Shown piece after piece: positions 10,830 through 23,572 of a DNA stretch of 49,151 nt. The DNA comes from Octopus bimaculoides. Lineage: Eukaryota. The translations under genes and the position numbers were made by a program. The notes beneath the pieces were generated by a model. The model did no database searches and was not told the DNA's origin. It saw only the letters and a program-made list of their open reading frames with translations. The stretch covers positions 1,222,651 to 1,271,801 of the forward strand of contig NC_069004.1 of NCBI RefSeq assembly GCF_001194135.2, written 5' to 3'. Within the stretch, counting starts at the first letter, position 1; each line of letters begins with the position of its first letter.

Positions 10830-11258
10830 AAAATACACAAACACATAGAAAACGACCCCTGTTGCAGCTGCAATATTGGAAGCTCTATAAAAAGGGATCC
10901 TGGAAAGGGGGGTTGCTCTCTCTCTGATTAAGCCATCTCCTACCATCTAATTGCTAGACAAATACCTTGTCTGTTTAAATCTGTCGTTAATCTTATCACT
11001 AAAAAGAAAATATACAAATATACAGAACAACCTCCTGTTGCAGCTGCCCACCACAACAGCATTTCTTGGAGGCCCTAAAAATAAGGGGTCTTTGGTATAG
11101 TCCCTATCATTGATTTAAGCCATTGATGTAAAAGAAGGAAAGAGAGAGAGATCCCCCAGCATCCAATTGCCAAACACTCACCTTTGTCTGTGTAAATCAA
11201 TCCACTACTGTTAATCTCGTCACTGAAACGACTAAATTAACATCAAAAATATACAAAA
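10830..11258. repeat. Diverged local tandem duplication (about 180-230 bp unit)
   Basis: Collinear shared anchors CCTGTTGCAGCTGC (10858, 11034), TTAAGCCAT, CATCYAATTGC, TTGTCTGTKTAAATC and GTTAATCTYRTCACTRAAA. Confidence 0.75.
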
Positions 11259-13241
11259 GAGCTGCTACTTAATTATAAACCAATCAATCAAATTGTTTCA
11301 AGCTGAATGAGAAGTAAGGGTCTTATCAGTCCAGGCCAGATATAGTGGTGATGGTGGTGGAGGAGGCTGAGGGTGGAATATTAAAATGAGATGAGATAAG
11401 GAGGATGATAGGAAATAAAGCAGGTGAAAGCTGTCATTGTTGATGAGCTCCAGGCTAATTTTTATTGCACGACACAAACCTATCATCAAAAGTATTCCAG
11501 TCGTGACCTTCCCATTTTTTTTCTTTTTAAAGGTATATAAGACAGCATTATCAGATGTATCCTTCCTTAGTGAAAAAGATTGGAGAAGGGGGATTTCTGA
11601 TTTGAGGGAAATTTGACTGTTATTTCTAGCATGCTGACCATCTATGTGAGTCAACTCTCTCATCAGTTCGTGATAACATAATTAACCATTCAGTAACAAC
11701 ACAAGACGGTGAGGCAACTTTTACGTGCTTACCAATTCTGATAGAAATTGCAGCTAAATTGCCTTCAAACCACACCTAACTGTCTTGAGAAAAGGAAGGA
11801 AATGTTGGATAATGTGCCTTTCATCCTTTCAGGGTCGATTAAATAAGTACCAGTTACGCACTGGGGTTGATGAAATTGACTTTAATCCCTTTGTCTGTCC
11901 TTGTTCGTCCCTTCTACGTTTAGCCCCCTGTGGGCAATAAATAAATAAATATGTGCTGTACTTGAGTGGGGTGGTGTTTCATGCGACTGAGTAAACACCA
12001 CTAAAAGCACCGAAAGACTTGATGGAATTGGATGAAGTCTATGACCTCAAAATTAGAGGCAATCTACTGACAGGTCTTCTGAGTTTCCAGCAGACAGTTC
12101 TTTCATGAATCCAAAGCTATGACAGAAAACAGCTAGCATGCTGTGCAATGGAATTGAACTAGTAACGTTACTATGAAACAAACTTCTTAATCACAAAGCT
12201 ATCTCTTAACCATATAACCATATCTTAACCACAGCTATGTCTTAACTTTACAATCAAGCCATGTGGTTGCAAAGCTGGCCTCTGCTTATGGTACCTTGTT
12301 TCTTTTTTTTTTTTTTTACATCAACCCTGAAAGTATGAAAAGCAAAGAAACCTCACAAGGATTTGAACCCAGAGAAGACAGAGAGTCAGAGCAAATATTG
12401 TGAAGCATTTTATCTAGATGCTCTAATGATTTGCTAATTCAAAAAGCCTTTGATATAGCGGCCCAGGGTTTATTTAAGGTTAAATAAACAAACGAACAAC
12501 AAGAAGACAAATAGATTAATGAGGGCAGCTGTTCGTGTGTGCAACAGATGATGAGTAAGAAGCGAAACCAGGGAAATAAGTTTTAAGTGAGACATGGCTG
12601 ACTTCTGCTGCTTCTGTAGCTTGACTGAGGAACAAAAGGCGGAGGAAATGATATTCAAGTGTAAGTCCTTTATTAACTGTGAGTGGTTCTTGTTACTTCG
12701 GCTCATGTAGCCAGTGGTGCCTTTATTTATGGGATTAGTTTATTTCTACCTTCAGGGCACCACCGAATAAACAAACTGGCTTTTGAAGCAATAGACAACA
12801 CCACCGTTGCTATTGTTCATATGTTCTCCGATGAACAAACAACCAAGCTTAAAAAAGAGAAAAGAAAAAATATTCCCAGAAAATAATTCAGTTGTTTTAA
12901 TGTCAACAGATGAAAGATTTAATTGTCAGAGTATTAAGTAACTGTATGAAGCCAATGGGAAAACCACTCTTCAGAAGCTCCCATTGCTATGACCTACTGA
13001 CCCTTAACTTGGCCTGGGATCCCTTCCTTATACAAATCATTGTCATACGAAGATTTCTCAAGCTGTTGGTTTATTTACTGTTTCTATTGTCAAGCTGCTG
13101 CTGCTGTTATATTGTTCATAAAATACTTCTTGGAAGAATTAGGTGACCCTTGCCTTACCAGTCACAATAATGTGGAATAATTCTGTTTCAATACCCACCT
13201 GCCTCAGACCACTCCCGGCTCTCCAATACAAGCTTCCTGGT

Positions 13242-13310
13242 TTAACCCTTTTGCATTTAAACCGGCCATATTCAGCCCAGATATTTTGACTGTTTTACGC
13301 TTAAACTGGT
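13242..13310 (+). mobile_element. piggyBac-like MITE end (TTAA-CCC), related copy at 40819-40920
   Basis: TTAACCCTTTTGCATTTAAACCGGCCATATTCAGCCC versus TTAACCTTCTAGCATTTAAACCAGCC at 40819. TTAA followed by CCC is the piggyBac terminal signature. Confidence 0.35.
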
Positions 13311-14329
13311 TTCCCATGCTGGCATGGATTGGACATTTTGTCAGGAGCTGGCGAACCTGGAAAGCTGCTCTGGCTCCAATTGTCTGTTTTGGCATTGTTT
13401 CTATGGCTGGATGCCCTTCCTAATGTCAACTACATTACAGAGTGTACCAGGTGCTTTTTATGTGGCACCAGCATGGGTGTGGTTTGTGTGCCACTGGCAA
13501 GGGATAATACAGAAGCAGATACATAAATAGCTTTCTTTGAGATTTGTCCAAGAGATGTTAGAAACAGTTGGCATTAATATTTCATCAGGAGGCATCAGTA
13601 ACTTATTAAATGTCTCATTGTGTTCTGTCTCTGATAAGCGAGATAACCAGCAAGAGGTTTATGTAAATTATTAACCCGTGTAACATGCAAAAAAAACAAA
13701 AAAAACAAAACTTTGTTCCTCTTGAGCCGATATAAGTGGGCAGTGAGTAGGTTTGATACGAAGAATTAAATTTCACACACACACATGCGCGCGCGTGGTG
13801 GAATTTGAACTCAGAACATCAAGATAGCCTGGCATGCTACTGGTTCTGTCAACTCATGGCCTCAGAGAATCAACATAATAATGTTGACTTATAAAGACTC
13901 CTCAGAGTTCGTCGAAACTTTCAAGTTTGTTGTTTTCTTTTTAGAAGAGAAACAGTATTTGAAAGAGTTTTTTTTTGTAAAAAGAAAGGCATAAGAAGGT
14001 TAATATGTTAAAAAGCAAGGCAGAGTGAGAGTTTATTGTTTTGTGATGTCTCAGATACACTCATATCTAATATGTAAAAATCACACAATATACAGATTTG
14101 TATAGTGAAGTCAAGAAGTGTAACCAGACACTATAAAAACACATTTAATACTTTAACAATGGGTAATACCACATTTCGAATTTCAAAGCATATATATACA
14201 TTACATAGTTATGTATCATTCTACATATATATATGTGTGTGTGTGTTTATTTTTGGCTATAAATAAAGACTTAATACATATAGTAGAGTGCATTTGGAAA
14301 CTTTGATTCTGCTCAGAGTTCCTCCTCAC

Positions 14330-14464
14330 CTGCAGTCATCCAGGTGGTGACGACTTCAATACAGGTGTGTGTGTGTGTGTGTGTTTGTGTTTATGTACAT
14401 AGTTTGAACATACAGTTTTCACAAATGAATTGTACTAACCCAGCCCAGTACCCGAGAAGTGATC
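14330..14464 (-). other. Candidate non-coding 5' UTR exon of RASSF8 (135 nt)
   Basis: Minus-strand acceptor TTTTTTTTGGGGTTTTTGCAG| (14465-14466) and donor CAG|GTGAGG (14328-14329) bracket 135 nt upstream of the acceptor at 10706. No transcript evidence. Confidence 0.4.
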
Positions 14465-15424
14465 CTGCAAAAACCCCAAAAAAAATTTTCAGGTTCATTT
14501 CTGCTATGTGACACCTTTGACAAGTTTCTTCAACCATGGCCCCAAGCTAATCAATGCCTTGTGAGAAAATTTGGAAGGTGGAAACTGTGAGGAAGTCCTT
14601 CATGTATGTATATACACACACACACACACACACACATAGCTGTCTCACCATATTTTCTTCCATAACTGCCGACTCTGAAAAGGCCATCACCAACTCTCAC
14701 CTGTTTCCAGATAAGGTAACATTTCCCAATGGTCAGATTATGTTTTGCACAGAAGACTGGAAACATAACATTGCTTATGTAATAAAGATGCTTATTTATA
14801 ACCATCCCATGGAGCCAAGACAAAGGCACACAGACACACACCTCATCTTTTGCCTCTTGTTTCAGTCATCAGACTGTGGTCCTATCTGAAGCGGCCATCC
14901 TTAGACTTTCTGGCTGGATTCCCAAACATGACCAACAGTTACTATGGATATTAAATCCAACCCTCTCTTTCATTGTCTAACCATAGGTTTCCTGCCAATT
15001 GGCTCTGCTTCAAGAATTCGTCTTGTGACATACTAAATCACATGTCTGTTGTACCTCCCAAACAGAGAAAAAAAGAAAAATACTACAATAAAAATTGGGA
15101 AGCAATATAGTCTATAGTGTAGGAAGTGGTGGTGGAGATAAATGAAAAGAAAGAAAGAGAGAAAACCACAAACAACAAATCTGTGAAAATGAAGCTAGAG
15201 AAAGTGGGAAGCCTGAGATGCCTTACTAATGTATACGGTTCATTGTCTGTGGCTTTGAAACATGGTGGGCGAAGCTAAGACATACAATGGTTGGCGGGGT
15301 GGTAGTTATGCTGACTATTGTTTCAAGGTGATTATTCCATTTAAAAGTGCAAAAAGTTACACTAGTGAGGTAAGCTGGTCGTGAAAAATTGTACACGTTT
15401 TCACTTTTGTATATAATATATGGA

Positions 15425-15550
15425 TGCGAATCCACTCACAAGGCTTTGGTTGGTCTGGGGCTATAGTAGAAGACACTTGCCCAAGGTGCTACGCAGTGAG
15501 ACTGAACCCAGAACCATGTGGTTGGTAAGCAAGCTACTTACCACACACAC
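15425..15550 (-). mobile_element. SINE family A copy
   Basis: AATCCACTCACAAGGCTTTGGTTGG...GCAAGCTACTTACCACAC, inverted relative to 17022-17200. Confidence 0.75.
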
Positions 15551-17021
15551 ACAAGTATCGTTATCTTTTAATGTCCATGTCCCATGCTGGCACGAATGTG
15601 ATGGCTTGACAGGATCTGAAAATTGGATCATGCTTCAAGGCCTCCTTTAACAAGGTCCCTATAGTTTGATGCCAACCATTTTATAGAATGTACTTGGCTG
15701 CTTTTTTTGTGGTAGTAGAAGTAGTGAGGTTACCATGCAGCCCCACAAGACTGATTCCTCTTCACTGAGAAGGACTCACAGCATTAATAACGATGGCATC
15801 TTGCTTTTGACCGTTTACTTCTTTTCAGTCATTGGATTGCAGCCATGCTGGAGCACCAGCTTGAAAGGCTTTCAGTTGAACAAAGTGACATTAGTACTTA
15901 CTTTTTAGGCATGGCACTTATTCATATCGGTTTCTTGCCAAATTGCTGAGTTACGGGGATGTAAACAAACCAACACTGGTTGTCAAGCAAGAGAGAGGAC
16001 AGACACTGACACAAAGATTTGAACACCAGTGCCTTGCTTTTGCTTGCCTCTAACAGGAAGAGTCCACTCTAAAATATAAGCATTTAAAAAGGTTGAAAGT
16101 CAGATGACATAACCACTGACTCAAGGATTCCTTCCTTTCTTCCCCTCCCACCCACCAATCACAGTGGAACTACAAATATGTCATGGGTACGGCACCGCTA
16201 CTCTTCCTCTGACTAACCAACAATGATATATATATATATTAGTCAAACCAAATATATATATATATATATATATATAGCCTAATCGAATAATCGAACATTA
16301 AAAATAACTATAACAAAACAACAAAAAGACCTGCACATGGAATGTATTAGTTTGACGTCACGCACACACATTCACACACACACATCTACACATGAAATAT
16401 AAGGACATTTCCTTCCTTATAACAACTCTGTTTATTTTTCTACATTACCTTTGTGTTATATTATTTACACACACACACAATTATATTGCTTCAGTAACAC
16501 ACATACTAAAACTGGAACAGTACAGAAACAAGCATAGCCCCTGTGCAAGAATCACACACAAACACAGATTCTCCCAGATCTTACCAGTTCAGTTACACCT
16601 TTTAACAAACTATATACAAATTATATATTTTATTTTATTTCTCTCCTGACACTATTCTCTTTAACAGATTGTTTTACAAATGTCAACGCCCACAGCCACA
16701 TACAATCAAGGTGAGTACCCAGGTACATATCTACAAATAATAAATGCATAAAATTGAAATTCATGGCAGCATAATTTAAAGCCTGTTCAGAAACTAACAA
16801 CAAAAGCCTTTAACAAACAATGACATACATCAACAAACAGTCTTGTCGTTGTTGTTGTTGTCGTTACAAACACATTTAACTGTTGAGGTTTTGTAAACTG
16901 ACTAAACTGATTGACTAATCAGTAAAACTGTCAACTAGGAGTCATATTTCAACCAGAGGGTCATGGGAAGAATGTGGGAGGAATATGAGGGAAAAGAACG
17001 TCCAGTTTTTATTTAGAAAGG

Positions 17022-17200
17022 TGCAGGTGTGACTGTGTAGTTGAGGAGCTTGCTTAACAACCATGTTGTCTTGGGTTCAGTCCCACTGTGTGGTATTTTG
17101 GGAAAATGTTTTTTTACTATAGCCCTGGGCCAACCAGTGCCTTGTGAATGGATTTGGTGGACAGAAACTGAAAGAAGCCCATTGTGTGTGTGTGTGTGCA
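17022..17200 (+). mobile_element. SINE family A copy
   Basis: Shares head, CCTTGTGAATGGATTTGG core and (TG)n tail with the other family A copies. Confidence 0.75.
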
Positions 17201-17204
17201 TATA

Positions 17205-17462
17205 CAGTAATCCCTTGACTATTGTGGATGTTATGTTCCAAAAGCCCCTGCGATAGGTGAAAATCCACAAAGTAGAAACATTACTGTATATTTAAAAAAA
17301 TTATTTTTATAATTTGTATATATTTATTTATTTATTAATAATAGAATATAAGGATAAAAATCATTAATCAAGTGGTGAGCATGTTATCAAAATTTATATC
17401 AGCACTTTGAGCTTGCCGGAGACAGGTCATTTTCGCTCTTGCTTCCTGAATATAATTATAAT

Positions 17463-17509
<47 letters not shown>

Positions 17510-17600
17510 TGTATATATATATATATATATTTTATTATTTTTATAATTTGTATATATTTATTCTATTATAAATGAACTGTGATATGGCATGGGATTACTG
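17205..17600. mobile_element. Pogo/Tigger-type MITE nested in a SINE tail
   Basis: Terminal inverted repeats CAGTAATCCC / GGGATTACTG, with TA on the left and TG on the right. Interrupts the (TG)n tail of the SINE at 17022-17200. Confidence 0.65.
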
Positions 17601-17779
17601 TGTGTGTGTCAAACCATCCAACCCATGCCAGCATGGACAACGGATATCAAATGATGGTGATGGCCTCTCCTGCCAAGGACGGCAGATGAGGGTCCTGCAA
17701 TTTCTTGCTGAAGCTGCTGCTCAGGTGATTTGTTTCTAGCGATCAAATGCTCGTGCAGTACATAAGCTCACTTCCTCCA

Positions 17780-17955
17780 AATCAACATTGCTTGTACGAG
17801 GGCACAGTGTGCCACACATCAGGTGTCAAAGTGGTCACAGAGCAACATGAAATAAGGTCCTTTGTTCAAGAACACAATGTGCTGCTGGTTCGGGAATCGA
17901 AACCACAATCTTGCGATCACAAGACCAACACCCTAACGCTAGGCCACACACCTTC
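17780..17955 (-). mobile_element. tRNA-derived SINE (same family as 35943-36170)
   Basis: Reverse complement reads TGGCCTAGCGTTAGGGTGTTGG...GGTTTCGATTCCCG...TTGTGTTCTTGAACAAAG. Confidence 0.65.
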
Positions 17956-20527
17956 ACATAGGGACATGTAAACGAGAAATAACTGACAAACAATTATATA
18001 ACCCAATTAGGTGATATTTTTAATTATTTGTTGAACCCCACCAACAATGTAATTGCTTTATTATAAAGAAACCACTTTAATAACTGCCTGGGACTGCTAT
18101 ACTAAAACGTCATAAATGAAAACCTCAATCAAAATCTCATGAAAACACAAACGATAACGAGTTTTTAGTTGGTTAACACAATGTATAACATAACATAATA
18201 TATATGTGTATATGTATATATTTAGGCACTTTACTGATAGTAGCAAAAGACCTGCTGGCGATAACACTGAGAACAATAAACAAACAATTTGGACATAAAT
18301 CTATTCTTTTCCATATACATAATAATCTTGTTTCAGCAAGACCAGATTCAAAACACTCTCAGCCACATAATTATTACCGTTCTCTCCCCCCCCTCTCTCT
18401 CTTCATGTACCATACCTGTTTTACAGGTGTTGGTGGTTATGAACCTGAAAATCAAAGCCCAAAGATTCATGATTTTTCTTGCGAAAGACACAGCAGTGGT
18501 TCCTCATTGTCTTTGCTTGACTTATTTATAACCAATGCCTTGTGAGTGAATTTGGTAGATGGAAACTGTGAGGAAGTCTGTCGTATATATACATATATAT
18601 GTGTGTGTGTCTTTGTGTTTGTCCTCTGCCACTACTCGGCAACCTGTATTGGTTTGTTTATGTTCCTGTACAGTCGGGCAAAAGAGACCAGAGTTGATTT
18701 GTTCGACTAAGCCCTTCAAGGCAGTGCCCCAGCATGACAGGTGGATGAAATGAGCCGACAGAAGAGGGAGACCTCCAACTTATATGGGAATCTGAAACTT
18801 TATATGATGTTCAAACATTTATGAATAGCCCCAGAGGCATGAACAAAATTGCATGTTCTTTATATGAACAATAGCAGAGAAGGGTAAATGAAATGGTGTG
18901 GTGAGCAGTCCTACATAAAACGAAATGTAAATGAGACCGTGCACATACTTATATAAAGAACATCAAAAGTACGAGATTGTGTGGTGCTTTCTAACTGTAT
19001 AAAGTAAGACTTCTCAACCATTTGTTATCTATGGATCCTCTTAATTCTCATTTTACTCCAGTCATTTGATGCTTAAAAAATCTTATATTTTTATTAGCAA
19101 ATATTATTTGGAATTGTATTTCAAAAGATTGTTAAAATATTTGGTGTATTGTAAAGTATAAGCCATTTATTTGCTCATAAAGTAAAAAGAAAAAAAAAAG
19201 ATCGTATAAGGACCCTCCCCAACAGGGGCTGTGTAGACCCTGGTTGAAAATCAATGGTGTAAAGAGTACTAGGGGTTGCAAATGATGTTAAACTTCGTCT
19301 CGTCTGTGTTTTATTTCTCAACTTCTCCTCTAATAATTGTTGTTCAATACATCTAGTACACAGTTTATATACAATTCTAACAACAGTAACACTTTCATAT
19401 GATCTTCAATTCTATACGCAGCCAGTATATAGTTTATAATAGGTGTATATAAAATAAATAAAGCGAAAGAAAGAAAGCACACTATTAGGTTAGCTTCTGT
19501 AGTTTTGACAAAGAAATGTTATATTTATTGAAAGCATTGTTCCGCGCAATATGAAAATAACAGCTGGTTTGAAATAAAGACTAGAGAATGAACGACATAC
19601 AAAGCAGCTGTGAGCGGTACCAGTAATTAATAGGAGCTCTATAACAATGGTAGTAATCAAGTTAGGTTTTTGAAACAGTCCAATTTAAGACATTATTTAC
19701 ACTGGACAACAAAAGCTGTTTTAAATTTTACAAGTTTCTCTGAGTGGTCTTCGACAGCCAAATCACTTGGGTAAGTAAGAGAACATATTTGTGTGTATAA
19801 TTGTATTGTGTATCAGTCTCTTTGCTGTAGACCATTACGCTCAGAATTCAAATTCCACATTTGTCTGTTTATAAAATAATGTCCTTGCCTTATTTGGAGG
19901 AGGATTGACACAATTCTAAGAATGTTACGACAAAATATTTCACTGTATCCATTTCCCATCGCTTTCCGTTTTCAGTTGCTCTGGCAGGTGATGCAAACTT
20001 CCTTATATCTTACCAACAAGCTTGATATGTCTTGTACTTTGAATAAACATTCAAACGAAGGCAAACTGGAGACCGCCTTTGGGGGTTTCTAAAGAATAGA
20101 AATTATCTAGTGCGCCCAAAACTGTAATTTCTTCAGTTGTCTAGGTTTTAAGCGCCGTAGTTTTACGATAATGCAGCGCGAAACGGAAAAAAAAAAACTT
20201 CCGTATTTTTATACGTGTAATTTCCCGAAAAAAAAAAAAAAACTTAATTTTTTTTTTGCCAAAATCATTGTGTCCATCATTGAAAACTTAGAAAAAAATT
20301 TTGAGTTCAAGTTATTGTCGAATAGTGGTCAATATTATTTCCACTTTCAGTTTGTGAAAGGAAACCGAAATATTGGCTAATTATGACCTTCCTGGAAAAT
20401 ATGTCTGAGCCGAAATAATTTAACATAAATACATGCATTCATTTCACTTTTATATTCTAAAGTCCTTGTAAATTGAGGGTGATTAAGCTGCTATTTCTAG
20501 CAGATCGAGCGACTACGAAGAGGCACC

Positions 20528-21179
20528 NNNNNNNNNNNNNNNNNNNNNNNNNNNNNNNNNNNNNNNNNNNNNNNNNNNNNNNNNNNNNNNNNNNNNNNNN
20601 NNNNNNNNNNNNNNNNNNNNNNNNNNNNNNNNNNNNNNNNNNNNNNNNNNNNNNNNNNNNNNNNNNNNNNNNNNNNNNNNNNNNNNNNNNNNNNNNNNNN
20701 NNNNNNNNNNNNNNNNNNNNNNNNNNNNNNNNNNNNNNNNNNNNNNNNNNNNNNNNNNNNNNNNNNNNNNNNNNNNNNNNNNNNNNNNNNNNNNNNNNNN
20801 NNNNNNNNNNNNNNNNNNNNNNNNNNNNNNNNNNNNNNNNNNNNNNNNNNNNNNNNNNNNNNNNNNNNNNNNNNNNNNNNNNNNNNNNNNNNNNNNNNNN
20901 NNNNNNNNNNNNNNNNNNNNNNNNNNNNNNNNNNNNNNNNNNNNNNNNNNNNNNNNNNNNNNNNNNNNNNNNNNNNNNNNNNNNNNNNNNNNNNNNNNNN
21001 NNNNNNNNNNNNNNNNNNNNNNNNNNNNNNNNNNNNNNNNNNNNNNNNNNNNNNNNNNNNNNNNNNNNNNNNNNNNNNNNNNNNNNNNNNNNNNNNNNNN
21101 NNNNNNNNNNNNNNNNNNNNNNNNNNNNNNNNNNNNNNNNNNNNNNNNNNNNNNNNNNNNNNNNNNNNNNNNNNNNNNN
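20528..21179. other. Assembly gap (N run)
   Basis: Other gaps lie at 30275-30883, 33936-34519, 37380-37942, 42899-43352 and 44549-44711. Confidence 1.
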
Positions 21180-21430
21180 AAGAGACATTAGAACAATTAA
21201 CAACATAATAAAAAAGTTTATTTACGATGATGTTTGGTTTCACAATTCCTGTCATTCAGCTTAGCTGCCGCCGACCAAGTTGTAGTTTGGTAATGGAAGG
21301 TTAAGGTCTTCCTTGATGCCTGCCAGAGAACAGTGTAAAAGTGCTTCGTGGAGGAGCGAGGTGTTGCTACGTATAAGGTCTCAGATCAACTGACCGAGAA
21401 ATTGTAACTAACTTCTTAAGTACGAATTTT

Positions 21431-21500
21431 ACTACGCATGCGCAGAATAGTAGTTCCTCAATGGCGGCTATAATTTCGCGCCACTATAATTCCTCGCCAA
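21431..21500. promoter_or_regulatory. Candidate housekeeping/bidirectional promoter motif cluster
   Basis: Local CpG enrichment with ACGCATGCGCA (NRF1-like, 21434-21444), ATGGCGGC (YY1-like, 21461-21468), TTTCGCGCC (E2F-like, 21474-21482) and ACTATAATTCC (ZNF143/THAP11-type ACTACA-like, 21483-21493). Confidence 0.5.
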
Positions 21501-22469
21501 ACTGCTATTAAATACCAATAAGTATTCCTGACAAATTTGTCGCGTGCCTCTTTCTTTCCTTTGTCCACTCATATATAAGCAATTCTTTTACAAAAATAAT
21601 GTTTTGACAGTGACTCCGAAAGTTCGGCCTATCCGATGAAGGTTAAGCAGCCAGAAACTTCGAAGTCATTTTCAACGCTATTCTTGTAAAAGAATAATAA
21701 ATTTGGATTCAACAAAATGTATTGAGGGGTCCTCCAGTTCAATGTAAAATTGCTTTTATTATAACTTGACATAAAAACAAACCTTTATATGTACTTATAC
21801 ACAAAAAACCCATACAATTATACTTTCACTTGTTTTGAAGAACATTCCCCACTCCCCTCATATTACTGCATTATTAATTTATGATATTACTGTAATTCAA
21901 ATACTTTTTGTCTTAGGATGGTTCTTGTTTTACAGCTAAGAAAACACGGAACAAATGCTTGTTGTCAATTTACAGGTAGGTAAACACGGACAAAGGCATT
22001 CATATTTCACGCCCAACAAAATACTTCGTCTGTTAAAAAGTGAAACTGTATTCAATGTATTATTCGAGCAAAACTTTTCCAAGCGTGACCACCGTAATGT
22101 TTTTTATTCGTTTCTTTTCATTCAGAGTGTCTCGGAGCCTTTGTCTTTCTTTTACTTTTCTTTTTAAGTTATATTTTGTGAATAGAGTGTGATTTGGCTG
22201 CTATTTCAGATCAGTTGAGAAGACACATCGAGACTATCACAGTGCTCAATGGATAGCTGCACATTACAGCGCAAAGTTAATGAGTTTTTTTTTCTAACAC
22301 CTTAACCAACCGTTGCTATACACAAACCGAACATAGAGGGTACATAGGACTATATTAAGGGTCTTTATTACTATTATACCCATCTCATAAGACGGGTCTA
22401 ATAGTAAAAGTTTCCGGGAAAAGGGCACGGAATTAGAAGACAAAAATGCCCATCCATCTCCTCCGCCCA

Positions 22470-22850
22470 CGATTCCAAGGAAGGCCGTAGGGGTAGAATC
22501 CTGAGGTACCTGTTCCGCAGGGTCCTATCAGAAGCAACCACCAACAAGCTTTTCCAGCTGGATTTCCATCCAACCCTCTCGGTCTTGATCTACCCCTGGG
22601 TTTCCTGTCATTTGGCGCGGCTAGAAGAATCTGTCTTGCGATATTCTAACCACTTGCCCATAATACCGGAGGCTGTGACTCCTCAAATGCCGAGAAGTTG
22701 CGGCTCGACCTGGGTAGATTCTCTGATCTCAGCTACACATCCTGTCGAGAAACATTGCTGCGGATATCCTCCAGGAGGAACACCATTTCGGCCGCTTACA
22801 TCCGCAATCATACTCTTCCAGTCATTACCAAACATGACGAGAGAGGAGGA
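22470..22850 (-). mobile_element. Decayed RTE-clade LINE ORF2 C-terminal fragment
   Basis: Across frameshifts and stops the minus strand reads TGRV*LRM*AAEMVFL / EIRESTQVEPQLLGI / SHSLRYYGQVVRI / RKPRGRSR. This follows the RTE/Expander-type RIQAAEMxFL...EIRExLxVEPLLLRIExSQLRWxGH...RPRGRPR pattern. Confidence 0.7.
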
Positions 22851-23572
22851 CAGGCATGCAGGGCAAAAACATATAAAATTAAATTTTGGGAACAAAAAAA
22901 AAAAATTCTCTCAAAGACAGAAAGAAACATCCAATTCCTTGCCCTTTTCCATCTGCATGTGGTAGTGGTACCTGTCCCAAAAGTCCGCTAATCTGAGTTT
23001 GGAAACGGGTGTAATTATCAAAAATCCAATTTGTCCTTTCTTAATAAAAGAATAAAATAATAATACAATAGAATATGAGGCGAGGAAGATCTGGCTGCTA
23101 TTTCAAGCACACCATGTGACTACATAGAAGCTTTCTTGTCTCATCCGTTGAAAGTAAATGGAGTGAGACGATGACTAAAACAGGAAAACATTTAATGGGG
23201 ATCCTAAACCAACCGTTAAGATTCGGTCATAGACTGTCTTCCCTTCTTAATAAATATATCCTGATGACTAAAAGAGGCATTTATATGAAACACAGAAGTG
23301 TGCGTGGGAGAGGAAATTAAGAGAATAATAATAATAATAAAAAACCTATTTCGTCGGGTTTAACAAAAAAAGCCCACCTATTTTAAAGAGAAGCAGAGAC
23401 TAATGTGTGTGTGCGCTCTCATGCGTAACCATCATCATTTCTGACACAAGGTCAAACCGAGGAGAGAAGCCTCTAGCTTGCAACACGTTCGTTCGACATG
23501 TTAGAAACAACAGTCAATTCTCTAAAATCATACACTGCTGCCTGACAGAAAGTAAGGCACGTTATATTATAT

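Noticed and set aside
13895-13930. Another hammerhead-like remnant (CTCAGAG..CGAAAC)
   Set aside because: The core and stem II are not recoverable.
20457-21264. Long ORFs spanning N runs (also near 30.2, 33.9, 37.3, 42.9 and 44.5 kb)
   Set aside because: Artefacts of assembly gaps.
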